Source: Euprymna scolopes
Lineage: Eukaryota
Assembly: GCA_053919585.1 (NCBI GenBank)
Contig: CM132812.1
DNA length: 64,000 nt
Reading direction: 5' to 3' (one strand)
In this document: positions 13,430 through 26,685 of the stretch, in pieces
Position numbering within the stretch: the stretch's first letter is position 1
Layout of the letters: each line of letters starts with the position of its first letter
Program-made: the position numbers and the translations under genes
Notes under the pieces: generated by a model
What the model saw: only the letters and a program-made list of their open reading frames with translations
Databases searched by the model: none
What the model was told of the DNA's origin: nothing

Positions 13430-13714
13430 TTTCTTCCATTCTTTAAACCTAAACGAAGATTCCATGAACAAAGCTTCTTTTAAAAATTGTGGAACTGTTC
13501 CGTTCTGCTTTGCAAATGATTACAATATGGTCGTAAATGATTACAATATGGTCCAATGTGAACAATTTTTTGATGCTCCCTCCCCTTTAGTAATCGAATT
13601 TACCAAATTTCCGCTACTAACAATTATTACGACATGTTCTCTTTGACTACTGTACAGTCAATAACCCTTATCTTCATGTGACCTTGATTAGTGGTGAATT
13701 TATTTGTAAAAAAA
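13430..13714 (+). mobile_element. LINE 3' fragment, same family
   Basis: TAAACCTAAACGAAGATTCCATGAACAAAGCTTCTT shared with the 21655 copy; ends TTTGTAAAAAAA; contains a local 21-bp tandem duplication. Confidence 0.68.
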
Positions 13715-13890
13715 GGGCAGTTTTTCCTGTCTAAGAACGAAATACAAGTGGCTGTTTTATTTATTTATTCTTTTTTTTTTTTTGTTATATAGAATATTTT
13801 ATGATGTGAGGTTTCTAGCCGTCAAGCAATTCTGAAATGACAAATACGGATGACTTTTTACAATGAAAAAAAGTTATTAATATAATAATA

Positions 13891-14010
13891 TAAATGTGCA
13901 TAATTCACGCTGAAACATCGGTCCCTGTTAGACAACCAAAGTTAAGTTACCTTGAGCGGTGTCAATATTAAAATGGGTGACCATTTGGGAATTCCAGGCA
14001 ATGTGTATAC
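13891..14010 (+). pseudogene. 5S rRNA-derived sequence (5S pseudogene or SINE3 head)
   Basis: CATAATTCACGCTGAAACATCGGT...AAGTTAAG...ATGGGTGACCATTTGGGAATTCCAGGCAATGTGTA is collinear with metazoan 5S rRNA, including box A (AAGTTAAG) and box C (ATGGGTGACC). It is heavily diverged. Confidence 0.75.
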
Positions 14011-16164
14011 CTTCCACGTATCTCTCATTGTTTCCAGTCCTCTAGCAGTTTTATTTGACTGGGCTCAAGCAGTACGATTCAGGAGAGGTGTAACTGGGAA
14101 TTGCATAAACCTTTCGTCACAATTAGCCGCGCAGCTACTCTTTCTGGGGATATCTATTGTCTTATGAGCCTGAACTGCAACATCATAAATATGCTCTTCT
14201 ATTAATATTGATTAAGTCTGAAAACGTAAAAACGAACACATACATACTTTTATGCAGGGTTTCTTGTAAATTAATTGTTAACTGAGTTCTTCCTATTTGT
14301 ATATATCTGCGAATTTTAAAATACTACGTAAAGCTGAAACGCAAGACACAGGCTGACAGAATGCTACATTGTGTGATTTACTATGAGGTCGCATTCTAAG
14401 AATAAATCCTATAATACGAGTATCTGGAATAATAGAGTAAGTAATAAGACCAAACTTCAACAATATTAAAAATTTAAAAAGAAAACCTACGAAACAAATG
14501 ATATAATACAAAGATGTTATATTTTGTGATCATATGCAAAGTATGTAGATGTCAGAATAACTTTGGGAAAAACGTATACCCAATTGTTATTATTGAGACG
14601 GGGCTAAATATTAGCTCCTTAAAGAATGGGCTATGAATGCAAGAGTGGAAATATATGCCATTGGGATGTCTTGTTTGCATTAACATGTCAATAATGTGAA
14701 TACATATGTCCAAGTAATATACATAGGTGAGTATTTGGCAACGTGGCACTGTGTGTGTGTGTTGTTTACTTTATTCTAGTTAGTGTGTGTATGTATGTAG
14801 GAATTGGGTGATTTTGGTCTTTCATCGGCGATAATCAACATGTGCAATTAGCTTGGGAGACCGTATGTTTGAACGTGTTATTCCTATTGTACACCCGTCT
14901 TTAATTTTTCGTTAGTCGCATACTGCCCGTAGTAAACTCAATACGAAAATTCATCTCTCCCAGGATAAATATAATTAACAATACCGAGATAAGCGCAGAG
15001 CACGTACATCCAGCAATGCTCTCAAATTCTCTTCCATTTAAATACTAAAAAGGCTCAAAGATACTTAACATCCGTAATCTAAAGGACGTCAGGGTATACA
15101 CTTAATTTGTACGTGGATATCCTCGCGTTTTTATCTGTTTGTAAACTGATTTAGAATGCGCATTCGTGAATCGTTCACATAACAATGTACTTATGTTAAT
15201 AATAAGTAGGTATGAAAACACTTTGGCCTCATGATTATCCTATGTGACTTACTGTTTTATACTTTGGTTTTAATCCCATCTATAAAATATACATTTTTAC
15301 TTACTAAAAACGAACTGTTTAGAAAAGAATAGTACTCCCACGCACATTTTTCAGATTCTTTCCGTTTTTATTTGCGTTATATATATAATTGTTCACCTTA
15401 TGTAATGCGAATAGCTTATTTTGTATTATTTGGATAATTCTAACTACGATTCTCATATTCAGTGTTATCTTCACAAAGATTACAGCCGATTAAACTTGCT
15501 TTTGTATGTACATTGTAAAGCTAAGGAATTTTTTATCTCGAACTTCNNNNNNNNNNNNNNNNNNNNNNNNNNNNNNNNNNNNNNNNNNNNNNNNNNNNNN
15601 NNNNNNNNNNNNNNNNNNNNNNNNNNNNNNNNNNNNNNNNNNNNNNNNNNNNNNNNNNNNNNNNNNNNNNNNNNNCACTCTACGAAACACGGCATGGTTC
15701 GATATTCGTTTTATGGAAACTGGTACTTGTATTGTAGTAGACCATCTATGTTCGTTAGCTTTGTAAGAATTCAGAAAGTGATAGGAGCCTTCTACCATGT
15801 CTGAAGCTTTCGCAATGTTCAATTAGCGGAATCAAAGATGCACCGCTGTAAAATTCGGACAGTTAAACGCGAAAATGCACAGCTTAACGCAGTTTCTAAT
15901 TATGGTTATTGTATTTTGCGTGGTGTTAAGTATGGACAACATCCTATCACCTTATATCTTCGAAGTCGGCTTGAAAGTCAATATCAAAGTGTATCTTTGG
16001 TGTTGATTTTCAAGTCGACGTTGAAGATGTGAGAGGGCATGATATGGCTCTAATAGGAAACTTTTTTTTCATTACCCTGGGCACGTCTCTGTCATTAATG
16101 ACATTCATGCTATTGGTCTAGCTATTGTAAACCTAGTCTTGGCAGAATTCTTTTGTCAAGAAAA

Positions 16165-16560
16165 ATATGTTTTACTTCTTTCGATAATATAGTTGCTTCA
16201 GACACCTGACGGATTTTATTACCCTGAGGTTCTTTGTCTTCTTAATCACGATCTGGTTTATCTGGCGCCTGAAGAACCTACACTTATAGTTCTCCTTCAG
16301 ACATGCATTCACAGTTGTGCGTGAAACGCTTAAATCTCTGGAAATTTGATAAATAGACTGCTTGGAAGTTGCATCAATTAGTGCTTGGATCTTTTTGATG
16401 AACTTCTTGGTCCGGGTCTTCCTGTTAGTTTCCCCAGCGTTGGGATTCGGCTCCATGACATTTGAAGGGCTGATTTATGCGTTGAGCTGTGCTATAAAGC
16501 GTTAAAGATTACGAGTTTGCATTTTGAGGGTATTGCGCAGAATTTTAAAAACTTGGAGTC
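16165..16560 (-). mobile_element. maT/DD37D-like transposase N-terminal remnant
   Basis: RKTRTKKFIKKIQALIDATSKQSIYQISRDLSVSRTTVNACLKE is a typical mariner/maT HTH segment. Confidence 0.6.
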
Positions 16561-16629
16561 GTAAAGCGGATGGACAGCTTCATCATCCAAAGAAAATGAT
16601 TTATGTTTTATATTTTATTATATATATAA

Positions 16630-16674
<45 letters not shown>

Positions 16675-18049
16675 AATTAATCAATAAGGGTTTCATCACT
16701 CAATGATGAAGCACCCTCCCGACTTTAGTCCTCTAGCTGTGTCCCGAGCTATCCGCCGCAATATGGGACCCATGCGTTGTATTAAGTCATCCCTTCATAT
16801 CATTCTTGGCCCCTCCTAAGCAACATGTTAACGAGGTGCCCATTCCGTTGTCGTAATCGACCATATATTGTAATGTTGTCTGGATACTGGTTTGAAATTT
16901 TTATGTGTGCGTGTGTGTGTCAGCAAGTTGAAATGCATCGTTTGAACATAAACTTGGCGACTTCCGTGCGCGTTATACTCGCCATCAATCATGCCTGGTG
17001 TATGATTTATATTTCCTGTTTATTTTAGTGTTACGTGCCCAGTAGTTTGAGAGTTTTTCGGTTATATATTCCCATACACTCAGACGCACATATGCGCTTC
17101 TACTGTGTCATTTCTCGAGATAAAAAATGAAGGGTTTAATACTATTAATTTAGATATTATAAGACAATAGTAAAAGTATAAATCAAGCAGTGAATAAATA
17201 CGCAATCCTTAGAATACATTGTATGAAAAAACCGATGGGGAAATGCAATTCAGTGATTTATTTTTTGATGTGAATACGGTCCTTCAGGAATATTTCACCG
17301 CTGGTCGATTTTTAATTGCCAATTCTATCGTTTTGCCTCTTGGCCAATTTCAGCATTTCTTTCTTTTTATTTCTGGAAAATGTCCGCCCAACGATTGAAG
17401 CTTAAGTGAATTAATGCAATTTCTGGCTTGAAGCGTTTTTTTAATCGGTTTGCGTAATGTGCTACGCCTGTTTTGGGGATTCTTTAACTCTAATTAATGT
17501 TACATTGATAATTAATGATAACATAGGAAGGATAAAAGGAGGAACACACGTACACAAGGAAAGAGGCGCACACAAGCAAACGCACATAATAGCACACAGG
17601 CGCACTAACAGATACGCATTCGCTACATCTCGACTCTTCTTGCATACACTACTAAACAGGCGCGCGTCCCAACACATGCGTGTGAGAGTACAAGCATATG
17701 ACTGACACATCTCCATGCTCCCTCCCACGCATTCCCACACGGATGAACACACTCACACACATACCGCCACACGTACGCCTATTCTTACGAGTCGATACAA
17801 ATACATACCATTTTTTTTCACACTAGGAAGTTTATACATTTCAATGCGTATTTAATTCCTTACTTGACCTAGTCATACTTATCTGTGTACACAATGATCT
17901 GTCGACCTGACATAAAGATAATCTATCCTATAAGTAACTCTCTACCAAATATTTAAAAAAAACATAATATGCAAAGTTCCATTCGACACAACACTACACT
18001 GGTTAATACGATAAATTGTGAACGTCTCCTAAGGGAGTAATTGACCTGT

Positions 18050-18720
18050 GGCTATATGAAAAAAAAGATTATGAAAAAAGAGTATGGCTATACTGTAACT
18101 TTTGAAGATAAATGCGTTTAAGAACATGAGTGGTATCATAAATGACAACGGGTCCAATCTTTACCACATAGAAATGAAGAGTGTAAGCCACCTAACATCC
18201 AGAAGTAATGGTTGTTTGAGTGGTGGTTACTACACAATACGACACAATAAAGTGTGCAAATATCTCTACTGGGCCATTAGTAAAACATTGGCTATCGAAT
18301 GCAGACATAAGTCCCGGGGGCATATACGTGAAGGGATAGTTGGAAATTAGTCACACATTATCCAATATGGTTCTGTGATTCCTACAGCTACGTACCTATA
18401 AAACGGAAGTATTTAATCTGGCGAAGTTGTATGGGATGAAAAGGGGAGAAACCTTAGTAGAAGTTATATCCCCAATTATGTTGAATTAAACTGAGAGGGA
18501 TAAAATAATGATATACTAAGGACATCGATGTAAAAAGCAAATTGATTCTTAGCAAGTTCTTCAAATGCCCACTAATTAGAGGAGCAACTCATGAAAAAGA
18601 ATTTCAAAACTATCTTGCAAATATACTTAGCGATCAAAGTAGAACACAAATAGAACAATTGCAGCTTGATAGTCGATTAGGATCTTCAAATGATCTCTTA
18701 GTTACAATGTCTAAGATATC
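18050..18720 (+). mobile_element. Old 3' fragment of an R4/Dong-like element
   Basis: KNMSGIINDN...SVSHLTS...YTIRHNKVCKYLYWAI is homologous to the knuckle/RHD region at 37700-37930. Confidence 0.65.
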
Positions 18721-19373
18721 GGGTGCAGGCCTGGTATCTGGTATGGTGCCTCATTTCCAGTTACGAAAAAATAAGTTCTATTTAAATAGTGAAATGTTTC
18801 AAGTATAATTAATGTAATTTTTATCGTGAAACATTTTAATCGGATTACATTATGTGCTACGCCTGTTTTAGAGATTATATAATTCTAAGTAACGTTTCTT
18901 CATGAGGTTGATAACACGGGGAAGATACAACGAAGAGCACAGAGATACTTTACCACATACAGGAGCAAAAAGAGGCGCACACAAACAAACGCACATAGTA
19001 GCACGCACAAATACACACACTAAAAAACCTATACTCACTCAAACGTGCATAAAATTTCTAATATACATTCGAACACAAATACACATATCTTAGTATCGCT
19101 TTTCGTGGAGGGTGACTGGGATTTTGTAACCTTTCTGCTAAATATGCCACTTCGTGTATCTGCAATCAGCGTCTCGACAAAATAAACGATAGTCCATAAA
19201 CGTTAGGCACATCCATTGTGATTAAGGGTTTGACTTGACAGGTTTTATCTTCGAGTCCTGTACCTCATTATGTGTTATTAATTCTCTCCTGATAATTAAT
19301 TATATGCGCAAGAACCTTTGATAATGTAATTGAACGCTGTGTACAATAAGCTAAATACAGACAATTGCCAAGC

Positions 19374-19417
<44 letters not shown>

Positions 19418-20207
19418 TATAATATTATTTCAATTTTCCTTTGTAGAAGGAGTATTTTAAACTCGAGATTTTTTGTACATGAGGAATTCAAGCTTTTGCA
19501 ATATTTTCGATTACTAATACGGGTATGGTCCCTGACAGTCGGGAGCTTCTTTTTATAAACGACGCTGCTAGGGATTGATTAATAAAATTAATTCACGTTC
19601 TGATAACAAACAATCAGAAACCAGAATTGCTCCATAAAAAAATTGTAATATCTGTAGCAACCTCGCATGTGTTTTCCTCGTGTCAACACGGAAAGAATCT
19701 TTTGCTCCATGGCTTCCAACTCAAGAACTCTTTACATAGAACCAGTAAACTACAGGACTTGTGTAGAACAATTAACTATCCGAAACTGTTCTGAAAATAA
19801 ACATGGTTTCAACTTTCTTTCGCATAAAGGAGTAATTATGTCAGACATATCTGCACACACATTACACTCACATGGCACTGTGGCTGGACAATCAAACTCA
19901 TACGTATCAATATATATATATACGAAAACTCACACACATACACACACATACACTTATATTTGCCTCAGTCTTTATTTATACTAAGTAATATATCAAATAG
20001 TCAGCCAACCCACTCATATATATCAGCAAGTCAGTCAAGAAATTGGTATTAGTTAAAATTGAATTTTAGTGCGACAAACCGCAGTGTGTTTACTATTAAG
20101 CTTTACTTTTTCCAGCTCTATTAAAAGATCTTCAAATTTTCCTGTTCTTCATTTGCTTTTACCAGTTTTGATAGGTTTTATTAATTCTTCTAAATAATAA
20201 AGTTCTT

Positions 20208-21320
20208 TCATGACAATAGAATAATTTCTAGAACAAAACCAATTGTATTTTTATTAGCATCGTTTATATTTTTATTTGGTTATCCAAGCGAATTCTGTTC
20301 GATCAAGCTGTGAAACATACACATTTTGCCAAAACGTTGCTTTTCAAATATTTTCGGTATGTTATTATTTTTCATTTACAATTTAATTGGTTATTATTTC
20401 TAAATTGATTTTCCTTTTAAATTATTAACATATATTGCTAAACAACATTTTTTTACACACAGAGAAACGCATGCCAACTCTGATAAAACCCTTATTACAC
20501 GTGCATATTCACAAGTATAATCATTCAAGAAACAACCCATTAAATATGATTAGCTAACAAACGTTCTTTCTTTTTACCCCTCCTACCTTTAATTAATTCA
20601 TCATAATTAGAAATAATAACTTTTACTGAGGTTGCTTTTCCCCTTTTTATCGTATATCAATACGATAGGTTAAATACGTCCGTTTAATAGGTGCGTAGCT
20701 ATAGGAATAGCAGAACCTTATCGGATCATGTTTGACTTATTTCAAACTATTTCTTCAATTAAAATAGAAAGTTGAAATAGTAGAAGAAAAATGTAGAGGA
20801 AAAAGAGAGAAGGATGGAAAGAATAGCGTTTAGTATTAAGATATGCTCGTTTTCAACGTTATTTACAGATATTCAGATTTTCCTGTTATTTATATGTTTT
20901 CTATCAGCTTTAAAATATTTTATTAATTAATCGAAATGATCTTAGAGTCCTCGCTTGACAAGAGAATAATTTCTAGAACAAGACAAAATTGTATTTTTAT
21001 TACAAGCCTTAATATTTATCATTTCTCTAGTTATAAGCGATATTTTCAGCAGAAGATTTCTTTGGTCACATTGAAACATACAATCCGCATTTTGGTTGGT
21101 TATATTGCAACATGCAATGCACATTTTGCTTTTCCAATGTTCTCAGGGAGTATGGTTTTATTATTTACAATTTCATCGCTTTTATTTTTATATTGTTTTC
21201 TATATTAGAGTATTAACATATAATGTTAAAAAAAAATGTGTTAACACACACAGAAACGCATACTAACTCTTGTAAAACCTTACATGCATGGGCACATGTA
21301 TACTCATTCACAACACGACA
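20208..21320 (+). repeat. Old diverged direct duplication (~20208-20530 and ~20955-21320)
   Basis: TGACAA.AGAATAATTTCTAGAACAA..., TGAAACATACA and AGAAACGCAT.C.AACTCT are shared in order. Confidence 0.7.
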
Positions 21321-21654
21321 CATGAAACACACTTAGCTTACAAGCACCCTTTCTTGTATTGGCAGGGTATAAATCAGTCTTTGACGTTTAGTGGGCGAAA
21401 AACTGTTCTATCTGCTTTTTGGTCTAGTAGAGACGGTACGAGTTTATTTTTGGTTCTATTGTTACTTCTGTGGTAAGTGCTAGAACGAGTTTTAATCAAT
21501 ATCCCTGTAAAATAGTATCTAGCTACAACAACTGCCAATAATATACCTCACTCTCTATCTATGCCTATAACTAAATGAACATTTCATGAGCACAGTTTGT
21601 TTCCTAGAACAGTGACTTCACAAGAAACACTCGTCTAGTTGTAAACACTATCAA

Positions 21655-21948
21655 TAATTTCCCCCACTCTTTATCTGTGCCTAAACCTAAACGTAGATTC
21701 CATGAACAAAGCTTCTTTCTTAGAACTGCACGCCTATGGAATTGTCTTCCGTTTTCCTGCTTTCCGGCTGACTACAATATGGTTGTGTTCAAGTCTAAAG
21801 TAAATAAGTTCTTGATGAGCCGTTCCATATAAGTTATTAAATTTACCAAATTTTCATTACTAATGATTACTATATTGACCAATTTCTACTGTACACTCTT
21901 TAACTCTTATCCTTGAGTGGCCTCTGGGCCTTGATAATGTGGTGATGC

Positions 21949-21983
<35 letters not shown>
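21655..21983 (+). mobile_element. LINE 3' fragment, same family, with a long poly(A)
   Basis: SFFLRTARLWNCLP...DYNMVVFKSKVNKFL, followed by the same 3' UTR and ~29 A. Confidence 0.75.
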
Positions 21984-21993
21984 CATAACATGA

Positions 21994-22760
21994 TACTTTC
22001 GTAGTTTAAATCCCGTTTTTCTGTGGGTCTCGCTCGGCAACGGCTGGCGAACGACAGAAACCGCCGGATTATATTGAGGTAACACAGATAATTTTTTTTT
22101 AAAAGACGAACCAAATGAAAGAAAATAAAATTAACAACCTACCGTAATAATTTCTTAAATTTTATTTTTTTTTTATTTTTATTTCTTATAGCAACTGTGT
22201 TACTTTCTGTTTTTTTTTGGGGGGGGTATAATTTTTTTATTCTATGGATTAATGAACAAATATATATTTTTTTTGTTTTGTTTGTGTATGGAAAGATTTT
22301 TGGGTATATTTTACGACCTGCCGTAGCATTGCATAAACACCTCCAACATTCCAATATAAAGAACGGCTTTCGGAATAAACCCCCCAAACATCTCAATGTT
22401 TATAACAGCTATTTTATTCCGACAACGATTCTTAACATGTGAAGGTTAGAATTGTTTCTTTCGAAAGCTAATCTTTACATCGGGAGGTTGAGAGTGTTTA
22501 TACTACGCTAGGACAGGTTGTAAAAAAATATCTTAATTTTCCTTCCTTGTCACAAGATTATTGTTTGAAGAAGCGCAATGATACTTTGCCCTTTCTTTTC
22601 TTTTTAAACACGTTCCTTTCCTTTCTATATTTTTTTTTTACATTTTTACCGTCTGCTCGAGTCTCTCTTTGCTCATTCGGTATAATTGGGCAGTTTTCAT
22701 CGTTCGCCGGGCGTTGCTGAGCGAGACTCACGGAAAAAAAGGCTTTAAACTTCCAAAGTA
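21994..22760. mobile_element. MITE or foldback element with long (~80+ bp) inverted repeats
   Basis: TACTTTCGTAGTTTAAA...GTCTCGCTCGGCAACGGCTGGCGAACGA...ATTATA matches the rc of 22681-22760. Confidence 0.72.
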
Positions 22761-23204
22761 CCAATAATACCGGAGGATTGCTTCTCAGCTTACTATAACA
22801 TAGTCGTTTTAACATCAAACATAAGTACATATTTGTTGAGTCATCTTATTATATAATTAAACTCTATCCAAAGCACAGCACTAATGATCGTCATTTATTT
22901 GTCTCACAATCTACCAAACACTTATTACTCTTTATCCTAAACTGATCCACAGGCTTTGATGAGCAGTAACCGTAAGTAAAATAAATACAAAAATGAAGAA
23001 CACAGATAAATAATGTCGCACACATATTGACAATAACAACACACGCATATACTTCCACGAACAGCCACATCGACAACTAAAACACACGCGCATGCCTTCT
23101 GGACAAAAATGATGTGTTTGCTATCTTGTAACTTGTCACTGTTCAAATATTTCACTTTAACAGGAAATTATATTTTGGCGGGAAGAAAGGACAAATAACA
23201 TTAA

Positions 23205-23660
23205 TCTAATATATAAAAGGATATATATCTGTCTGTCTGTCTCCATATTTTTACACTCTATCTTCTCCGAACCTAAAACTTGTAATGCATCCTTATAGGC
23301 CTCAAATTCTTGGATTTTTATGGACCGTTTTTATGGGTCTTTAGCCGATTAAAATAGGTTTTAGGAGGTCAAAAATGAGTCAAATTTAAAAGGAAAACTA
23401 TGTACATTTTGTACATTCATCTTAGTGTCATTTTAATGCAAATATTTGATTGGTTCATAAGCATGTCGCGTTGGTACAGTGGTAACGGCAACAGCTTTGA
23501 ATGCTACATGTCCGTTACAATTCTAACTGATGGCATTTAAATATTTCTGATTTTTACTTTTAAAATCACGATACTATAATGATATATAAGAACTCTAAAA
23601 AAATGAAAATATTATATTTAAGTTTATTTCACGACCGGGCAAAGTGGGGGGCCCAACTTT
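23205..23660 (+). mobile_element. Degenerate Helitron-like repeat (homolog at ~43200-43480)
   Basis: TCTAATATATAAAA start followed by (CTGT)n, with a GC-rich hairpin-like 3' segment. The interior resembles 43200-43480. Confidence 0.45.
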
Positions 23661-24084
23661 TCCCCACTATTAGGGGGTAATCAATANNNNNNNNNNNNNN
23701 NNNNNNNNNNNNNNNNNNNNNNNNNNNNNNNNNNNNNNNNNNNNNNNNNNNNNNNNNNNNNNNNNNNNNNNNNNNNNNNNNNNNNNNNNNNNNNNNNNNN
23801 NNNNNNNNNNNNNNNNNNNNNNNNNNNNNNNNGAAAGCTAAAAATGAAAGAGAAGGAGCAAAAAGAGTAATTGATATGGGAAAATAGAAAAAATAAGAAG
23901 AGGGGTACGTCTGTATTATTTGGGTTATTGGAATTATTATTAGTGTTACCGGCCCACGAGTCCAAAGTGACCAGGTTTGGCTTCAGAAAGAGTTCTACAA
24001 CTTTATACCCTCTCTCACTGCCCCCTCCTCCCCCGATCTTAAGCCGCTGGACTATTAGTTTAGTCATAGGTCGAAAACATATCT

Positions 24085-24345
24085 ATCGTGATATTCTACA
24101 ACACTAAAGCAAGCCTGATCGCAGAGTATTTGCCGAGCTACCTAGGGTACTTGTAGCAGAGGCATGCACTCAGTTCCGGACAAATATCAGGGCGGTGATA
24201 GAGGCTGAGAGCGGCTGAATTCAAAAGATGTCAGCTCTACTACATCAGAAAACTACTTGAATTGATTTTTTTTTCAATAAAACTTTAAAAATAACACTGT
24301 AGTGCTCTTTACTTTAGGGCGACAACTTTATCGTTTCATCCTGTA
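24085..24345 (+). mobile_element. maT/DD37D-like 3' remnant with TIR
   Basis: NTKASLI...LVAEACTQFRTNIRAVIEAESG C-terminus. Ends TAGGGCGACAACTTTATCGTTTCATCCTG|TA, similar to the TIR at 61389-61417. Confidence 0.6.
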
Positions 24346-24349
24346 TATA

Positions 24350-24384
24350 TTAGGTTGGTGCAAAATAATGTCGTTTTTTTATCA

Positions 24385-24415
<31 letters not shown>

Positions 24416-24482
24416 TTGATAAAAAAATGGCATTTTTTCTTGCATTTAGCCGTTGTAAAGTTCTGTACCCCTCCGGAAAATG

Positions 24483-24551
<69 letters not shown>

Positions 24552-24594
24552 TTATAAATACCTCAACAAACCACATTATTTTTGCACCTAACTT
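24350..24594. mobile_element. Mariner-derived MITE containing (TA)n
   Basis: TIRs TTAGGTTGGTGCAAAATAATG / CATTATTTTTGCACCTAAC resemble Hsmar1/MADE1-type mariner ends. Confidence 0.65.
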
Positions 24595-24612
24595 ACGTTA
24601 TAGCCATTATAA

Positions 24613-24667
<55 letters not shown>

Positions 24668-25374
24668 ACACACACAATTATAAAGTAAAGTGTTCTTAAT
24701 TGTTTATAGCATGTGTAATTTGTGTTAATCATTGTGGTAGGTATGGCGGTAAGTCATCCGCTAAATTTCAAAGACTATTTTATTCCGTGTTGATGCAGGG
24801 AACACGTAATTATAAGCTAAGCATATCTAATGAGCTTTTGTGTATGTAACGACAATGTGGAGTAACCCAGCCGTGGGTATCAATGGGTGGCGTGTGCCCT
24901 CTGTGGAAAAGTGTTGGCATTCGAATCCGTAATCAGTCCAATACGAAAAATAAGAAAATAAATGCAAATTTAGACGCTATCGTGTTCGAGGCGGAAAAAT
25001 ATACGGGCGCTTTCTTTTTGTTCAACAACACTGATATTTTTATCTCGTGCACGTGAGGTTGCTGTCAGTTTCGAAGAAAATGAAAACAGAATTAAGACGC
25101 GATGGAACACTGAGTCTAAAGAATACTTCCAAATCCAACCTTGGTTTCTGTTTTCACTGCTTTGAGAATAACTCAACATTGCCTTGTGAAAAAAAACACA
25201 CGTTCAACATCTTTCGTTTTTAACTCTAACGAATTTACGTGACTAAAATAAGGGTTACTTCCCCGGAGAAAAACTGTAGAAAATATGGCACGGTATGTGT
25301 ATATAGATACGTGGGTGTAATTGGGGGAAGTAAGACTAAGTATGCGTCTCTGCGTGTGAGTTAGATTAACGTAA

Positions 25375-26520
25375 ATGTATTATTCTATGAGAATATGTTA
25401 AAAATATTAGTCTAAAAAAACATGTAACGACTTAATTCTGCATCTGTACAAAATATTATTCTATAAGTATATGTAATAATATAATTCGATAAGAATATGT
25501 TAAAATATTCCATAATAATATGAAAAATCTATTATTCTATACGACCCTGGTAAAAATATTTGTCTATACGAATATGATCATATATTATTTAATAGGACTA
25601 TGTCAAAAATATTATTCTATACTGTTAAGTTTGCAAGTTGAAACAAGTAACGTAGAAAGCAATACAAATGACGACTCAACAAACAAAGGTAGATCAAATA
25701 AGAAGTGTATTAGGAAAAGGTATATTTACAGGATATTTACATAATGGTGTCAAATAAGAGTCTTTGCTGGAGAAACATATCTGCTCTCGGCGGCCTTCGG
25801 TGGCTTCTGGTGAACACACACTCAGACGAACTGAGTCTTCCTATTAATGTGTAATTACTATCCACATATGCAAATGAATGTGTGCCACCACAACATATAC
25901 GAATATGTTAAAATATTATTCTATGAGAATATGTTAAAAATAGTATACTATACGAATATATTAACAAATATTATTCCATACGAATGTATAAAATAATATA
26001 GTTCTATACGATTATGTAAACAATTTGATTCTGTACGAATTCTATAAAAATATATTGAAAATATTATTCTATAACAATATGATAAAATATTATTCTATAT
26101 GAATATGTTACAAATAATATTCTTTCAGAATATGTTAAAATAGTATTGTGTACGAATATTATTCTATGAAAATATGTGAAAAATATTCTATAAAAATATG
26201 TTAAAAATATTATTCTACACAAATGTTATAAATATTATTATCATATAAGGATATGTTAAAAATATAACTCCTAAGAATATGTTTAAAATATTATTCGATA
26301 AAATATGTAAAAAATATTATTCTATACGAATATATTTTCATTATAACTCTAAAAAATGTAAAGAAATATTATTTCATACAAATATTTAAAAATATACATG
26401 AATATTTTTAAAATATTATTCTACAAGAATATGTTAAAACATTTTTCTATTTAAATAAGTTAAAAACATTATTCTATAAAAACATATTAAAATATTATTC
26501 TTTGAGAATATTTTTAAAAC
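25375..26520. repeat. Degenerate AT-rich minisatellite (~27-bp unit TATTATTCTATACGAATATGTTAAAAA) interrupted by the solo LTR
   Basis: Many diverged copies are visible on both sides of 25623-25895. Confidence 0.85.
25623..25895. mobile_element. Solo LTR with 5-bp target-site duplication
   Basis: TGTT...AACA termini, exact TATAC direct repeat on both sides (25618-22 and 25896-900), inserted in an AT minisatellite. Confidence 0.78.
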
Positions 26521-26685
26521 ATATATAAATAATAAGTTAAATCTTAAAGACAAACACAAGTGAATTATAAAAACAAAAATGAAATACATTAAAATAATAA
26601 TTGACCAATGATATAGACAAACAAAGAAAAATCAAATTAATATTTATTTATTTTAACAGGAAAAGAATTAGTAATAACGTATGAC

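Noticed and set aside
24302-24688. ORFs with IYIYIY runs (also at 3464, 36526, 52001, 54809 and 60014)
   Set aside because: They are (TA)n microsatellite artefacts.
24865-24935. tRNA gene or tRNA-SINE head (TTCGAATCC); also TAGCTCAGTG at ~11740
   Set aside because: No cloverleaf, and only one promoter box is convincing at each site.
25375-26520. Regular short repeats considered as a CRISPR array
   Set aside because: The units are tandem and degenerate with no unique spacers, there are no cas genes, and the context is eukaryotic.
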